Source: a virus (taxonomy: Duplodnaviria; Caudoviricetes). From it: a stretch of DNA of 64,000 bases. This document shows positions 18,952-28,405 of the stretch, piece after piece. The stretch is taken from positions 256,001 to 320,000 of IMG/VR virus record IMGVR_UViG_3300010429_000387; one strand, 5' to 3'. The notes below the pieces were generated by a model. That model worked only from the letters and a program-made list of their open reading frames with translations, was not told the DNA's origin and did no database searches. The stretch's first letter is position 1. Each line of letters starts with the position of its first letter. The position numbers and the translations under genes were made by a program.

Positions 18952-19320
18952 ATGAAACAAGCCAGGATGCTGCATGAAGCCATCTCGGCCGCCAATCGTG
19001 GTGAGCGGGTGATTGTGACCGCTCACCACACGAGCCGAGCCCTTTGGATCAAGGGTGAGGCTCGCAAGGCGGTAGCCAATGCCCTCCTCCAACAGGAGGG
19101 TCAGGACTTCATGCGGTTCAAGTCTGGCGGAGAAATTCGATTCTTCGCCCACACCAAAGAGGAAAAGCTCCGAGGCTTCAGGGGTAAGGTCTACCAGATT
19201 CAAGTAGATAGCCCCTATGATGAGGGAGACTCTCTTGAGGACTGGGAGCTGGACTCAAGGTACCTTCCCCCGAGTGGGCCGCACCCAAGTAGGTTCGAGA
19301 GGATTCTGAATGAAGACTGA
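18952..19320 (+). CDS. Hypothetical protein with C-terminal SRFERIL tag
   Basis: GAGG RBS; lies between thyA and folA. Confidence 0.7.
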   Translation: MKQARMLHEAISAANRGERVIVTAHHTSRALWIKGEARKAVANALLQQEGQDFMRFKSGGEIRFFAHTKEEKLRGFRGKVYQIQVDSPYDEGDSLEDWELDSRYLPPSGPHPSRFERILNED

Positions 19321-19849
19321 TCCCCCTCGTATCATCGTTGCGATCAACCCTCAGGGTGTCATCGCAGTAAATGGTCAGATGCCATGGAAGAAGCCCGAGG
19401 ACCTGAAGCGCTTCAAGAAGGTCACGATGGGGTCAACGATCATCATGGGTCGAAAGACTTGGGATTCGATTGGACGTAGGTTCCTTCCGGGGAGGCGGAC
19501 CCTGGTTCTCAGTCGGACCCACCAGCCAGACGTGGTGACAGCACCCTCCTTGGAAGAAGGGCTGAAGAAGGCTCGTGACCTGGATTGGGCCAATGGCACT
19601 TGGGAGAAGGTTGACTGGTCTGGGAGGGATGTCTGGGTCGTAGGTGGGGCGGAGGTGTATGAGCAGGCATTTCCGTTGGTTGATGAGGTAGACCTCACCT
19701 TGGTCCTGGATTCGGTAGTTGAGTTGAGTCAGCCAAACGTCATCCGGCTCCCCACTTTCGTTTGTGGGATGCCAGGGTTCAAGGTGGTGGAGACCTCAAT
19801 CAACCCCGCCGACACTACTCTTACTCACTGTAGGTATAGGCGCACATGA
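19310..19849 (+). CDS. folA: Dihydrofolate reductase
   Basis: MPW...DLKRFK..T, IMGRKTW.S, LPGR, VGGAEVY. Confidence 0.93.
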   Translation: MKTDPPRIIVAINPQGVIAVNGQMPWKKPEDLKRFKKVTMGSTIIMGRKTWDSIGRRFLPGRRTLVLSRTHQPDVVTAPSLEEGLKKARDLDWANGTWEKVDWSGRDVWVVGGAEVYEQAFPLVDEVDLTLVLDSVVELSQPNVIRLPTFVCGMPGFKVVETSINPADTTLTHCRYRRT

Positions 19850-20190
19850 AGCACTTCGCAGTTGAAACCTTGGGGAACACAAGCCTCCGTGTGGTCGAGG
19901 CAGTCGTTCGGGCAGCAGCCAGTTCGGGATACTCGTTCTCTCGGATCGAGTCACTTGACCGAACCAAAGTTGGCTCTACCGAGTTCCAGAGGTTTAGAGT
20001 GGGTGCCGACCCCACAGCCCTTCTTGAGGTCCTGTTTTCGGAAGGCCGGGGCACCATCAGCCCAGACTGCCTGGTGCGCTTGAAGTCGAGAAACGGAAAG
20101 GTCCCGTTTACCCTACTCCTTGCTGCCCCGAGGGAGCCGAAGGTTTACCGGGGTCCTGGGGACCCTTACTGGGAGCGTCAGTTCGACTGA
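19846..20190 (+). CDS. Hypothetical protein
   Basis: ATGA coupling to folA. Confidence 0.6.
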   Translation: MKHFAVETLGNTSLRVVEAVVRAAASSGYSFSRIESLDRTKVGSTEFQRFRVGADPTALLEVLFSEGRGTISPDCLVRLKSRNGKVPFTLLLAAPREPKVYRGPGDPYWERQFD

Positions 20191-20253
20191 GAAGGTTTCT
20201 ATCAGCCTTGCCTTGGTGACCCATCTGACGACGGTGCCAAGGGAGACCTTCTC

Positions 20254-22032
20254 ATGTTCCTACTGCTAGCTGCTTCCGGTAAGAGAGCCCGTGTTCTGAC
20301 CGCCTCTCTTGGAGACGACATCCTCATCAGCCCCGCTATGGATGAGGCTGATGAACTGGAGGAGGGTCTGGCTGACATCGACGAAGCTATTCGTCGGGAG
20401 AAAAACCCCAGGAGCGGACCCTACTGGCCCAAGATCAGGGCAAAGTTGCTCGAAGAGTCCTCCTCCCAGGACATCGACGAAGCCATCAAGGAATGGGGGC
20501 GAGATGGGCTCCCATACATCTCCCGTGAGTCCTGCCAGCTCTGTGGCAAGACCCCCATCAAGTTCTGCTTCCCGCTCAAGAACCGGATGAACGGGTCCCG
20601 GCTCGTTGTCGGGTGCGAATGCGTCCACAACTACCTTGAGATCGGTGGGTACGAATCTCCGGAAGCCCTCCGGAAGCTCTTGGTCGCTCAGCTCAACATC
20701 CTTCGGAAGAAGGAGAAGGGTGAGGCCACGGACGAGCAGGTGGAAGCTGCTACCAAGGTCTTCGAGATCGAGCACCAGATCCGTAGGCGGATTGCGGTGG
20801 TCTCAGGAGGGGCCACCGACTTCGACATCAAGGAGTACCAGGAGTCGCTCAACAGCGTCATCCTGGTGGCAAATCACCTTGAGGTGAAGGACGCCTCGAT
20901 AGCGGCTGCCCGAAGTGCCATGACTCTCATCAAGCCGGTTCTCTCCTTCATGGAGAAGACACGGGCCAAGCAGAAGTTCGTTGGGTTCGGCATCGGGGTG
21001 CTCACCACCACCATCATGAACCAGCGTAGCCCCGAGAAGAAGGCTGCCAACCTGGAAATCCTTCTCTCTGCGATCAGCAGGCTCTTCGACTGTGGGCTCC
21101 CCTCGGACACCCTTTCCCGAGCCTGGGGTTCGGTCAGTCTTGCCAAGAACAAGCTGGTCGATATCGTGGCAAAGAAGTGCGATACCGGGAAGGCAGAACT
21201 CCTCTCCGACTATCGGAACGAGATTGCCATCACCAAGCCCCATGAGCACCTGAGCTTCATGATCACTCAGGGGATTGATGCTCTCCGAAAGACCTTCGAT
21301 GCCCAACTGGAGAAGGTCAGGGCGGCAGTTGAGGACCCTGACTTCATTGAGAAGATCCAGTCCGAAGCCTCGGTGGTGGCGAAGATCCTCAACTTCAGCT
21401 TCTCCCCGGATCTTGCCAGCTCGGACAATGTCGTTCAACGGAACGCCTACAAGATCATCGAGTTCGTTCAGTCGGTGAACAAGGGCAAGGGTGCCGTTGA
21501 CGTTATCGTGGATGCCATCCAGGGGACCTATGCCTTGGAGGGTGCCATCAAGGACCGGGTTGGGGTGAAGGTCTCCATTCTCCGAGCAGGAGATGATGGG
21601 GTCATCGACCCGGATGTGATGGGTGACGATTCCATCCTCGACTTCGGGAAGCTCATCCGGGCCAGGGACCCCAAGGCCCTGGAGATCGTCCAGAAAGAGG
21701 TTGAGGACGTTGCCCTCTTGGTGAAGAGCACCAACAACCAGAGGGTCTTCGAGCTGATGAGTGACCAGCTCGACTTCGATGTGGAACGTGCGTTCAAGCT
21801 CTACACGGCGACCCCGAACCCCAACTCGAAGTCCCCTACCTTCGAGCTTGACTTCTGCACCTCCATCCTGAGTGATTGGGAAGCTGGTCGCCTGAGCAAG
21901 CTGAGCCCAGCTCGTATGGGCAACATCCAGCGGCAGATCGCCATGAAGGGACGGATGAAGGAAGTCCCCAACTCGATGTGGGAGAAGCTCAAGTCCAGGC
22001 TGACCGCCAAGGCCAAGTCTACCTTCCGCTGA
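20254..22032 (+). CDS. Hypothetical helical protein with Zn-ribbon
   Basis: CQLCGK..I...F...N..NG....VGCECV; 592 aa with strong codon bias. Confidence 0.75.
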   Translation: MFLLLAASGKRARVLTASLGDDILISPAMDEADELEEGLADIDEAIRREKNPRSGPYWPKIRAKLLEESSSQDIDEAIKEWGRDGLPYISRESCQLCGKTPIKFCFPLKNRMNGSRLVVGCECVHNYLEIGGYESPEALRKLLVAQLNILRKKEKGEATDEQVEAATKVFEIEHQIRRRIAVVSGGATDFDIKEYQESLNSVILVANHLEVKDASIAAARSAMTLIKPVLSFMEKTRAKQKFVGFGIGVLTTTIMNQRSPEKKAANLEILLSAISRLFDCGLPSDTLSRAWGSVSLAKNKLVDIVAKKCDTGKAELLSDYRNEIAITKPHEHLSFMITQGIDALRKTFDAQLEKVRAAVEDPDFIEKIQSEASVVAKILNFSFSPDLASSDNVVQRNAYKIIEFVQSVNKGKGAVDVIVDAIQGTYALEGAIKDRVGVKVSILRAGDDGVIDPDVMGDDSILDFGKLIRARDPKALEIVQKEVEDVALLVKSTNNQRVFELMSDQLDFDVERAFKLYTATPNPNSKSPTFELDFCTSILSDWEAGRLSKLSPARMGNIQRQIAMKGRMKEVPNSMWEKLKSRLTAKAKSTFR

Positions 22033-22042
22033 GGCCAACTCA

Positions 22043-22804
22043 ATGCAAGTTGCAACCATTCAGTTTGCCCCAGTTTTTCGCCAGAAGGCGGAGAATCTAC
22101 GTCGCCTAGCCACCCTGGTCATTCAGGCGGCTGAGGCGGGGGCCAAACTCATCGTACTCCCAGAGCTGGCGACCACAGGCTACACGTACATGAGCAAGGC
22201 GGAAGCGGAAGCTGACGCTGAGGTCATCACGGAGTTCAAGCCCGGTTCGGGTGGACCTACCTCCACCATGAACGTCATGTGGGCACTAGCCAGCAAGTAC
22301 GACATCCACTTGGTTTGGGGCATGGTCCGCAAGGACTATGGGACCGGCAAGGTGTTCAACAGCCAGGTATACCTCGAACCAAGCGGGTACTTCGAGTTCT
22401 ATGACAAGGTGAACCGCTGGGGCAACGACTACATCTGGGCGACCCCTGGGCAGACCAATCCTCCAGTCATCACGGCTGAGGGTCTTGGGGGTCTCCGGGT
22501 GGGGATGCTCATCTGTCGGGACATCCGGGACAAGAAGGACGAGAACTGGAAGAACTTCTACTCCCCTGGGGATGCCGATGTGGTTTGCCTCTCGACCAAC
22601 TGGGGTGACGGGGGTTTCCCAGCGGTCTCCTGGATGGACTTCGTTGAGGACAACAAGGCGACCCTCATCGTCTCCAATCGCTACGGACAGGAAGGTCCGA
22701 ACGACTTTGGGGAGGGTGGAGTCTGTGTCGTCACCAAGAGCGGCGAGGTCCTGTGTGAGGGTCTTGTCTGGAGTTCTGATTGCATCGTCTACGCAGAGGT
22801 TTGA
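22043..22804 (+). CDS. Carbon-nitrogen hydrolase (nitrilase superfamily)
   Basis: Glu-Lys-Cys triad: LPELATTGY, YDK, LICRD; SNR.G.E. Confidence 0.9.
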   Translation: MQVATIQFAPVFRQKAENLRRLATLVIQAAEAGAKLIVLPELATTGYTYMSKAEAEADAEVITEFKPGSGGPTSTMNVMWALASKYDIHLVWGMVRKDYGTGKVFNSQVYLEPSGYFEFYDKVNRWGNDYIWATPGQTNPPVITAEGLGGLRVGMLICRDIRDKKDENWKNFYSPGDADVVCLSTNWGDGGFPAVSWMDFVEDNKATLIVSNRYGQEGPNDFGEGGVCVVTKSGEVLCEGLVWSSDCIVYAEV

Positions 22805-22805
22805 G

Positions 22806-23066
22806 ATGCCCCACGACTACGACCGTACTACGACTGCCGGTGTGAACTTCAACCAGATGGTTGGCAAGCCTGCTGAGGCGGATGAGGCCCTCACCAAAGC
22901 ATACCAGGCCCTCGTGAACTTCAAGCTGGGCATGGATGCCATGCACGAGATCCCTGCCACCCTGAAGCCTTACTACCAGCAGGTGATGAAGGCCATGGAC
23001 GTGGTGATCAAGGCCCAGAAAGAGTCCTACCAGCTCCGCATGATGATGAGGAAGCTCCCTCTCTGA
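22806..23066 (+). CDS. Small helical hypothetical protein (MPHDYDRTTTAG...)
   Basis: ATG 1 nt after the upstream stop; TGATG coupling downstream. Confidence 0.7.
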   Translation: MPHDYDRTTTAGVNFNQMVGKPAEADEALTKAYQALVNFKLGMDAMHEIPATLKPYYQQVMKAMDVVIKAQKESYQLRMMMRKLPL

Positions 23067-24013
23067 TGGACCCGATCACCCTCACCGTCCTTGAGCGCTA
23101 CATCCTAGGGTACCCACCCCCTGGGATGGCTACACGGGTTGCCAGACGCTTCGTAGCTGGTCTGGCTGACCAGCTTCAGAGAATGATGGGCGACCTTCTA
23201 GGGAGCACCCTGGAGGCCAAGAAGGGCAAGGATGTAGCTGAGTGGCTGGAGGCCAACTTCCACTTCCTTGGGACCAAGACCCCCAAGGGCGGGAAGGTGC
23301 TCAAGGACCAGGTGAACAAGCTCCACTGGTTCCTGAAGTTCGGCCTCGGTCAGCAGCAGGATCCGGAGCGGCTTCGCCCTACCATCGAAGCAGCCTGGTC
23401 GGACATCCAGAAAGAGTTGGGTACCCTAGTCAAGCTCTTCTCCGAGGAGGGCGGGAAGGTCGTGCCCAAGGAGATGAAGGTTGGGGCCAACACCTACCTG
23501 AACATCTCGGGGTTCTCCGAAGACCAGCTCACCACCTACATCAAGAGCCTCGAACAGGTCTTCGCTGAGCTGAAGGGCTGGAGGAAGAAGGCCCTGGCCG
23601 GGGGACTCAAGGTTGCCCTGGCGGGACCCTCCGACTTCCGAGGCACCTCGGGCGGGAAATACAAGTCGAGCGAGGACACCCTCTATGTCAGGGCAACCCC
23701 CGCTGTCCTCAAGCGGACCCGTGGTTCCTACGGAGCCTTCGACTACATCATCGTACATGAGCTGGGTCACCGGTACGACTACAAGCGGAAGCCGGGCATA
23801 GACTTCGACCGACCCGAGTGGTGGACCAGCAGGTACAGCCGAACCGAGGGGGAGAGCTTCGCTGAGTTGTTCGCCCTGACCAACTTCGGGATCACCGGGC
23901 AAGGGGACCAGGCGGTCCTCGACAAGTTCGAGGATTACATGACCACTGGAAAGGTTCCCGAGACTGAGCCGGTGGAGCTGCCAGACCACCTGAAGCGGCT
24001 TCTCGGCAAGTAG
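23066..24013 (+). CDS. Zincin-like metallopeptidase domain protein, probably virion-associated
   Basis: HELGH followed by Y.....ESFAE; N-terminal VLERY and VARRF motifs. Confidence 0.75.
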   Translation: MDPITLTVLERYILGYPPPGMATRVARRFVAGLADQLQRMMGDLLGSTLEAKKGKDVAEWLEANFHFLGTKTPKGGKVLKDQVNKLHWFLKFGLGQQQDPERLRPTIEAAWSDIQKELGTLVKLFSEEGGKVVPKEMKVGANTYLNISGFSEDQLTTYIKSLEQVFAELKGWRKKALAGGLKVALAGPSDFRGTSGGKYKSSEDTLYVRATPAVLKRTRGSYGAFDYIIVHELGHRYDYKRKPGIDFDRPEWWTSRYSRTEGESFAELFALTNFGITGQGDQAVLDKFEDYMTTGKVPETEPVELPDHLKRLLGK

Positions 24014-24060
24014 TGTCGAATCGACCTCTAGTTTCTCGACGTTCCGGTGTATGATCGGTC

Positions 24061-26388
24061 ATGCCTAGCCCGATCAAGTGCTCGTTCTGTGGCCGTCCTC
24101 GGAACGAGGTCAAGAACATCATTGCTGCCGACTCTGAGGCTGGCCCCTTCATTTGCAACCGTTGTGTGGAGACGGCAGCCAACGAAATCAAGGCTGGGGC
24201 AAAGAGGGGTGGCTTCGAGCAGAAGAAAGAGGATCCCCTTCGCAAGCCGAGGGAGATCCGGGACTACCTAGACCAGTACGTGATCGGGCAAGACCAGGCC
24301 AAGGTGGACATTGCAATCGCAGTGTACAACCACTTCAAGCGTCGGAAGCTCCGGGACGCCAAGCCTGAGGATGGCATCGATCTGGTCGAGATCGAGAAGA
24401 GCAACATCTTGCTCCTTGGGCCATCGGGTTGCCATCGTAAGGGTCAGCTTGTCTTGATGTATGATGGTACCCTGAAAGCGGTGGAGAACGTCCAAGTTGG
24501 GGACCAACTCATGGGGCCTGACTCCACTCCTCGAAATGTGCTGGAACTTCATAGGGGGGTGGAGGAAATGGTTGAGATTGTGCCCCTCAAGGGTGAGCCC
24601 TGGGTGGTCAACCGGGGGCACATTCTGACGCTGGTTCGTACTTGCTACAACGGTGGTTCTGGGTACCGTCCTGTAAACGAGGTCAAGGATGTACCCCTTC
24701 GTGATTGGCTTGGTTGGTCAAGGACTCAGAAGTCAGTTCACAAGCTGTTTCGTGTACCTGTCGAGTTCAAAGCACAGGAGGAGCTACCACTGGACCCATA
24801 CTTTCTGGGCGTCTTGCTTGGTGATGGGTCACTCGGTGTGACTCCCCGAGTCACCACCGAAGACCCAGAAATCCTTGAGGAAACTCGTAGGCAGGCGGCC
24901 AACTTCGGTTTGGTCGTCTCTATCTACGACTACAATGAGGAGAAGTGCCCCTCCTATGCCCTGTGTAAGGTAGAGGGTCCAGGTGGTCTCCAAGACGAGG
25001 CTTCTCGCAATCCTATTGCACAGAGGTTGGCGGGTCTGGATCTTCTGGAAGTGACGGGTGAGTCCAAGTTCATCCCTCACTGCTACAAGGTATCCTCCAG
25101 AGCAGATCGACTGGCAATCCTTGCGGGGCTCCTGGACACTGATGGATCCCTTGATGAGGACGGGTGTGGTTTCGACTTCATCAACAAGTCCAAAGAGCTT
25201 GTTGATGACCTGGCCTTCATCGCTAGAAGCCTTGGTTTTGCTTGCTATCCTCAGCCATGTGTGAAGGGGTGCCAGACTGGGGTGGAGGGCATCTACTACC
25301 GGATGTTCATTTCTGGTGACGTGGCTGAGATTCCAACCAAGGTTGAGAGGAAGAAGGCCCTTGCTCGGAAAGCCATCAAGAATGTGCTTCGGACAGGGTT
25401 CAAAACCCGTGACCTACCCCCGGAGGAATACTTCGGGTTTGTCCTCGATGGGGACCACCGTTACCTGCTTGACGACTTCACTGTGACCCATAATACGGGC
25501 AAGACTCACATTGCCAGGACCATCGCTCGGATGCTTCAGGTCCCCTTCCATGTTGGTGACGCCACCCGGCTGACCCAGGCTGGCTACGTCGGGGATGACG
25601 TGGAGACCCTTCTTCAGGGGCTCGTCCTGGATGCTGGGGGCGACATCGAGCGGGCACAGTGGGGGATCATCTTCCTCGATGAGGTGGACAAGATCGCCCG
25701 AGGTTCTGGCCGGGACAGGGCTGGGTACCGAGACGTGTCGGGAGAGGGGGTCCAGCAGTCCCTCCTCAAGCTCCTCGAAGGTTCGAGGGTCAACGTCCCC
25801 CGTGGTGGCGGAAAAGCTGGGATGATGATGGCATATGACACCATCGACACTACCAACATCCTGTTCATCTGTGCTGGTTCCTTTGCTGGGATCGAACCCA
25901 TCGTGGCCCAGAGGGTGAACAAGGGGTCGGCTCGTCTCGGGTTTGGGGCCAACACAGAGAAGAAGAAGCTCGACCTGTCGGCCTCCTACCTGGCTGCCAA
26001 CGAAGACGACATCATGGAGTTCGGCATCATTCCCGAGATGATGGGCCGTCTCCCGGTCATCACCACGACCATCGAGCTTTCCGAGGATGAGATGATTCGG
26101 GTTCTCACCGAGCCCCGGAACAGCATCATCAAGCAGGTGAAGAGCCTGTTCCAGATGGACGGTGTCTGCCTGGACTTCACGGAGGATGCTCTGAGGGCCA
26201 TCGCTCGGGAAGCCAAGAAGCGCCCAACTGGGGCACGGGCACTTCGGAGCATCGTCGAGAAGACCCTGAAGACCTTTGCCTATGACACCCCCAGCAACGA
26301 GACTATCGAGCGGATCCTTGTGACTGAGGACACCGTGAATGGTGGGCAGGGGGTTATCACTCTTCGGGAGCAGCGAGCAGAGGCGTGA
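24061..26388 (+). CDS. clpX: ClpX AAA+ unfoldase containing an intein
   Basis: C4 Zn-binding domain CSFCG...CNRC, YVIGQ..AK, KSNILLLGPSG/TGKT, AGYVG, DEVDK, RDVSGEGVQQ, LGF loop, TGARALR. Confidence 0.95.
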   Translation: MPSPIKCSFCGRPRNEVKNIIAADSEAGPFICNRCVETAANEIKAGAKRGGFEQKKEDPLRKPREIRDYLDQYVIGQDQAKVDIAIAVYNHFKRRKLRDAKPEDGIDLVEIEKSNILLLGPSGCHRKGQLVLMYDGTLKAVENVQVGDQLMGPDSTPRNVLELHRGVEEMVEIVPLKGEPWVVNRGHILTLVRTCYNGGSGYRPVNEVKDVPLRDWLGWSRTQKSVHKLFRVPVEFKAQEELPLDPYFLGVLLGDGSLGVTPRVTTEDPEILEETRRQAANFGLVVSIYDYNEEKCPSYALCKVEGPGGLQDEASRNPIAQRLAGLDLLEVTGESKFIPHCYKVSSRADRLAILAGLLDTDGSLDEDGCGFDFINKSKELVDDLAFIARSLGFACYPQPCVKGCQTGVEGIYYRMFISGDVAEIPTKVERKKALARKAIKNVLRTGFKTRDLPPEEYFGFVLDGDHRYLLDDFTVTHNTGKTHIARTIARMLQVPFHVGDATRLTQAGYVGDDVETLLQGLVLDAGGDIERAQWGIIFLDEVDKIARGSGRDRAGYRDVSGEGVQQSLLKLLEGSRVNVPRGGGKAGMMMAYDTIDTTNILFICAGSFAGIEPIVAQRVNKGSARLGFGANTEKKKLDLSASYLAANEDDIMEFGIIPEMMGRLPVITTTIELSEDEMIRVLTEPRNSIIKQVKSLFQMDGVCLDFTEDALRAIAREAKKRPTGARALRSIVEKTLKTFAYDTPSNETIERILVTEDTVNGGQGVITLREQRAEA
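24430..25494 (+). mobile_element. Intein with LAGLIDADG endonuclease in the ClpX Walker A (355 aa)
   Basis: Starts CHRKGQ, VNRGHIL, LGVLLGDGS, LAGLLDTDGS, ends VTHN followed by Thr. Confidence 0.93.
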
Positions 26389-26395
26389 TTGACGG

Positions 26396-26423
26396 TTGAA
26401 ACTTTCTGAGCTGGGTCGTTGTA
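26396..26423 (+). promoter_or_regulatory. TTGAAA-N15-CGTTGTA promoter-like element
   Basis: Same boxes and spacing as at 29405-29432, 38545-38572 and 39240-39267. Confidence 0.65.
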
Positions 26424-26474
26424 GAAGTACCTCTGGATCTTTTGATAGAGACCTAGTGGTAGGAGACCCAGCTC

Positions 26475-27152
26475 ATGAGCCTTTCGATCATCGCCAACGT
26501 AGTGTCCCGCTACGCTGCCTCGACCCGCACTGCTGGGTTGAAGGAAGTGACCTTCAAGGAGTTCCAGCAGGCGCTCGCCAACGCTGGTTGGCCTTCCCCT
26601 GAATATGCCCACACGAAGCGGACCATGGATGCCTACTACAAGGACCGTGGGACCGAGGTGGCGCACAAGACCCAGATCCTCACCCGTGGCAAGGTGACCC
26701 AAGAGCACTTCTATGCCAACCCAGATTACCTTGGTGAGGGGAATTCCAAGGAAGCAGCCACGAACATCGTGGTCCTGGATGACGATGACCTTGAGGGCCT
26801 TGATGAGAAGGCCAAGAAGGCTTGGAAGGGCTACACCTACAAGATGACCTATGAGGTTGTCTCCCCGGAGTCGGCCGAAGAGGGTGACGCTGAGGATCGT
26901 GGGTGGGAAGAGGAGGGCTCGGAGCCCTACGACACCCTGGAAGAGGTCCTCAAGGCGGTGGATGACAAGTCCTGGCTTGAGTGGTCCTCCAGCAGCCCGG
27001 ACGGGAAGCGTGACTGGATCATCTCCCAGGCTGAGGAAGACTACAGCTCGGGGAACAACACCACCTATCACCTCTGGATCGAGCGCAAGGACGGCAAGCC
27101 TCTCGGAAAGGAAGAACTGGCCTACATCAAGAAGTCCCTTCGGCTTCACTGA
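26475..27152 (+). CDS. Acidic hypothetical protein with N-terminal VVSRY motif (probable virion protein)
   Basis: AGGAG RBS; strong codon bias. Confidence 0.75.
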   Translation: MSLSIIANVVSRYAASTRTAGLKEVTFKEFQQALANAGWPSPEYAHTKRTMDAYYKDRGTEVAHKTQILTRGKVTQEHFYANPDYLGEGNSKEAATNIVVLDDDDLEGLDEKAKKAWKGYTYKMTYEVVSPESAEEGDAEDRGWEEEGSEPYDTLEEVLKAVDDKSWLEWSSSSPDGKRDWIISQAEEDYSSGNNTTYHLWIERKDGKPLGKEELAYIKKSLRLH

Positions 27153-27166
27153 GTAGGAGCAGTTCC

Positions 27167-27646
27167 ATGCCGACTCCGGTTGACAAATACTACGAGGAAG
27201 TAAAGGACAAGAACCCTTCCTACAGTGAGGAACAGGCTTGGGCAACGGCTTGGAGCATCTACTGCAAGCACGTCAATCCAGGCTCGAAGTCTTGCAAGAA
27301 ACCACCCTCGGAGTACCTGAAGGGGAAGTCTGCCTCAGACCCACTCCAGGACTTCCAGGATGTGCTGATGGCAAGGAGAGTTGCCTCCAGATTCAAGGAA
27401 TCCTTCAAGTACGAGCAGAAGGAAACCAAGGAACACAAGGTCGAGAGAATCTCCAAGAAGATTCGAGATGCTACGGGTCTCTCGAAGGGGGTCTCAGAGG
27501 CCATTGCTGACGCCTTCGTCCGAGGGCGTGAGGTGGCTCGCCTTGCCATTCAGAAGGGCTGGCCCTTGGATGGGGACATCATCGAGGGTCCAACTGGGAC
27601 CCTCTCCTTGGAGGCGATCAAGACAGCTTCTCGTGAGGGAGAGTAG
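27167..27646 (+). CDS. Hypothetical protein with ChaB-like EE.A.A.AW segment and RVASRF motif
   Basis: AGGAG RBS; YSEEQAWATAWS. Confidence 0.7.
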   Translation: MPTPVDKYYEEVKDKNPSYSEEQAWATAWSIYCKHVNPGSKSCKKPPSEYLKGKSASDPLQDFQDVLMARRVASRFKESFKYEQKETKEHKVERISKKIRDATGLSKGVSEAIADAFVRGREVARLAIQKGWPLDGDIIEGPTGTLSLEAIKTASREGE

Positions 27647-27727
27647 ATGGCCCTCCCCTCACTGACCTATGCCGATTGGCGCTTCAATGTCAACCAGGAC
27701 TTGAACAGCCCAGCCAAGTAAGAAGCG

Positions 27728-28405
27728 TCAGTCGGAGTCAGTGTCGATACTGATGCCGCTCGCTTCTTCATACCTTTCGGACTTGTCTGAGGGGATGTAG
27801 CTTTTTCTGTGGATAGGTGTGAGCCCAAGACGTTTGATTGCAGCATGGTGATCCGGGGTACCATACCCAGATGACTTGTGCAGCCCATAACCAGGGTACT
27901 TCTCGGCCAGGGTCCACATGTAGCGGTCGTGGAGGACCTTGCCGATGACGCTAGCAGCCATGACGGCTGGAACGATCCCATCGGCCTTGGGGAAGTGGAG
28001 GTGCTTGACCCCTGGGAGCTTGACCTCCCCGTCGAGGACCACCAGGGCCTCTGGCTTGACCTCCAAGACCTTTTCGATGCAAGTACGGAAGCACCTGTGG
28101 AGGGCAGCGATGACCCCGTCCCGGTCAATCTCGTCCGAGTGAGCCATCTCGACGGCATACGTCACCTTGGACCGAAGCATCTCGAACAGGTACTCACGCT
28201 TGTCAGGGCGGAGCTTCTTCGAGTCGTTCAGGTCCTTCGGGGGTCTCCAGTCCCTCGGGACAGCGACGGCACAGGTGACCAAGGGACCTGCCCAGGATCC
28301 GTAGCCACACTCATCGGCCCCGAGGATGAAGGGAGCCGTGAGGCGGAGCTTTTCGTACTCCGCCTTGTCATCCCGCTTGGGGGGCTCAGATTCTCTTGTT
28401 TCCAT
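27728..28405 (-). CDS. rnhB: Ribonuclease HII
   Basis: GADECGYG.WAGPL, LNDSKKL, LDG, KAD...VMAAS..GKV..D, GY.T..H, HRKSY. Confidence 0.92.
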   Translation of the reverse strand: METRESEPPKRDDKAEYEKLRLTAPFILGADECGYGSWAGPLVTCAVAVPRDWRPPKDLNDSKKLRPDKREYLFEMLRSKVTYAVEMAHSDEIDRDGVIAALHRCFRTCIEKVLEVKPEALVVLDGEVKLPGVKHLHFPKADGIVPAVMAASVIGKVLHDRYMWTLAEKYPGYGLHKSSGYGTPDHHAAIKRLGLTPIHRKSYIPSDKSERYEEASGISIDTDSD

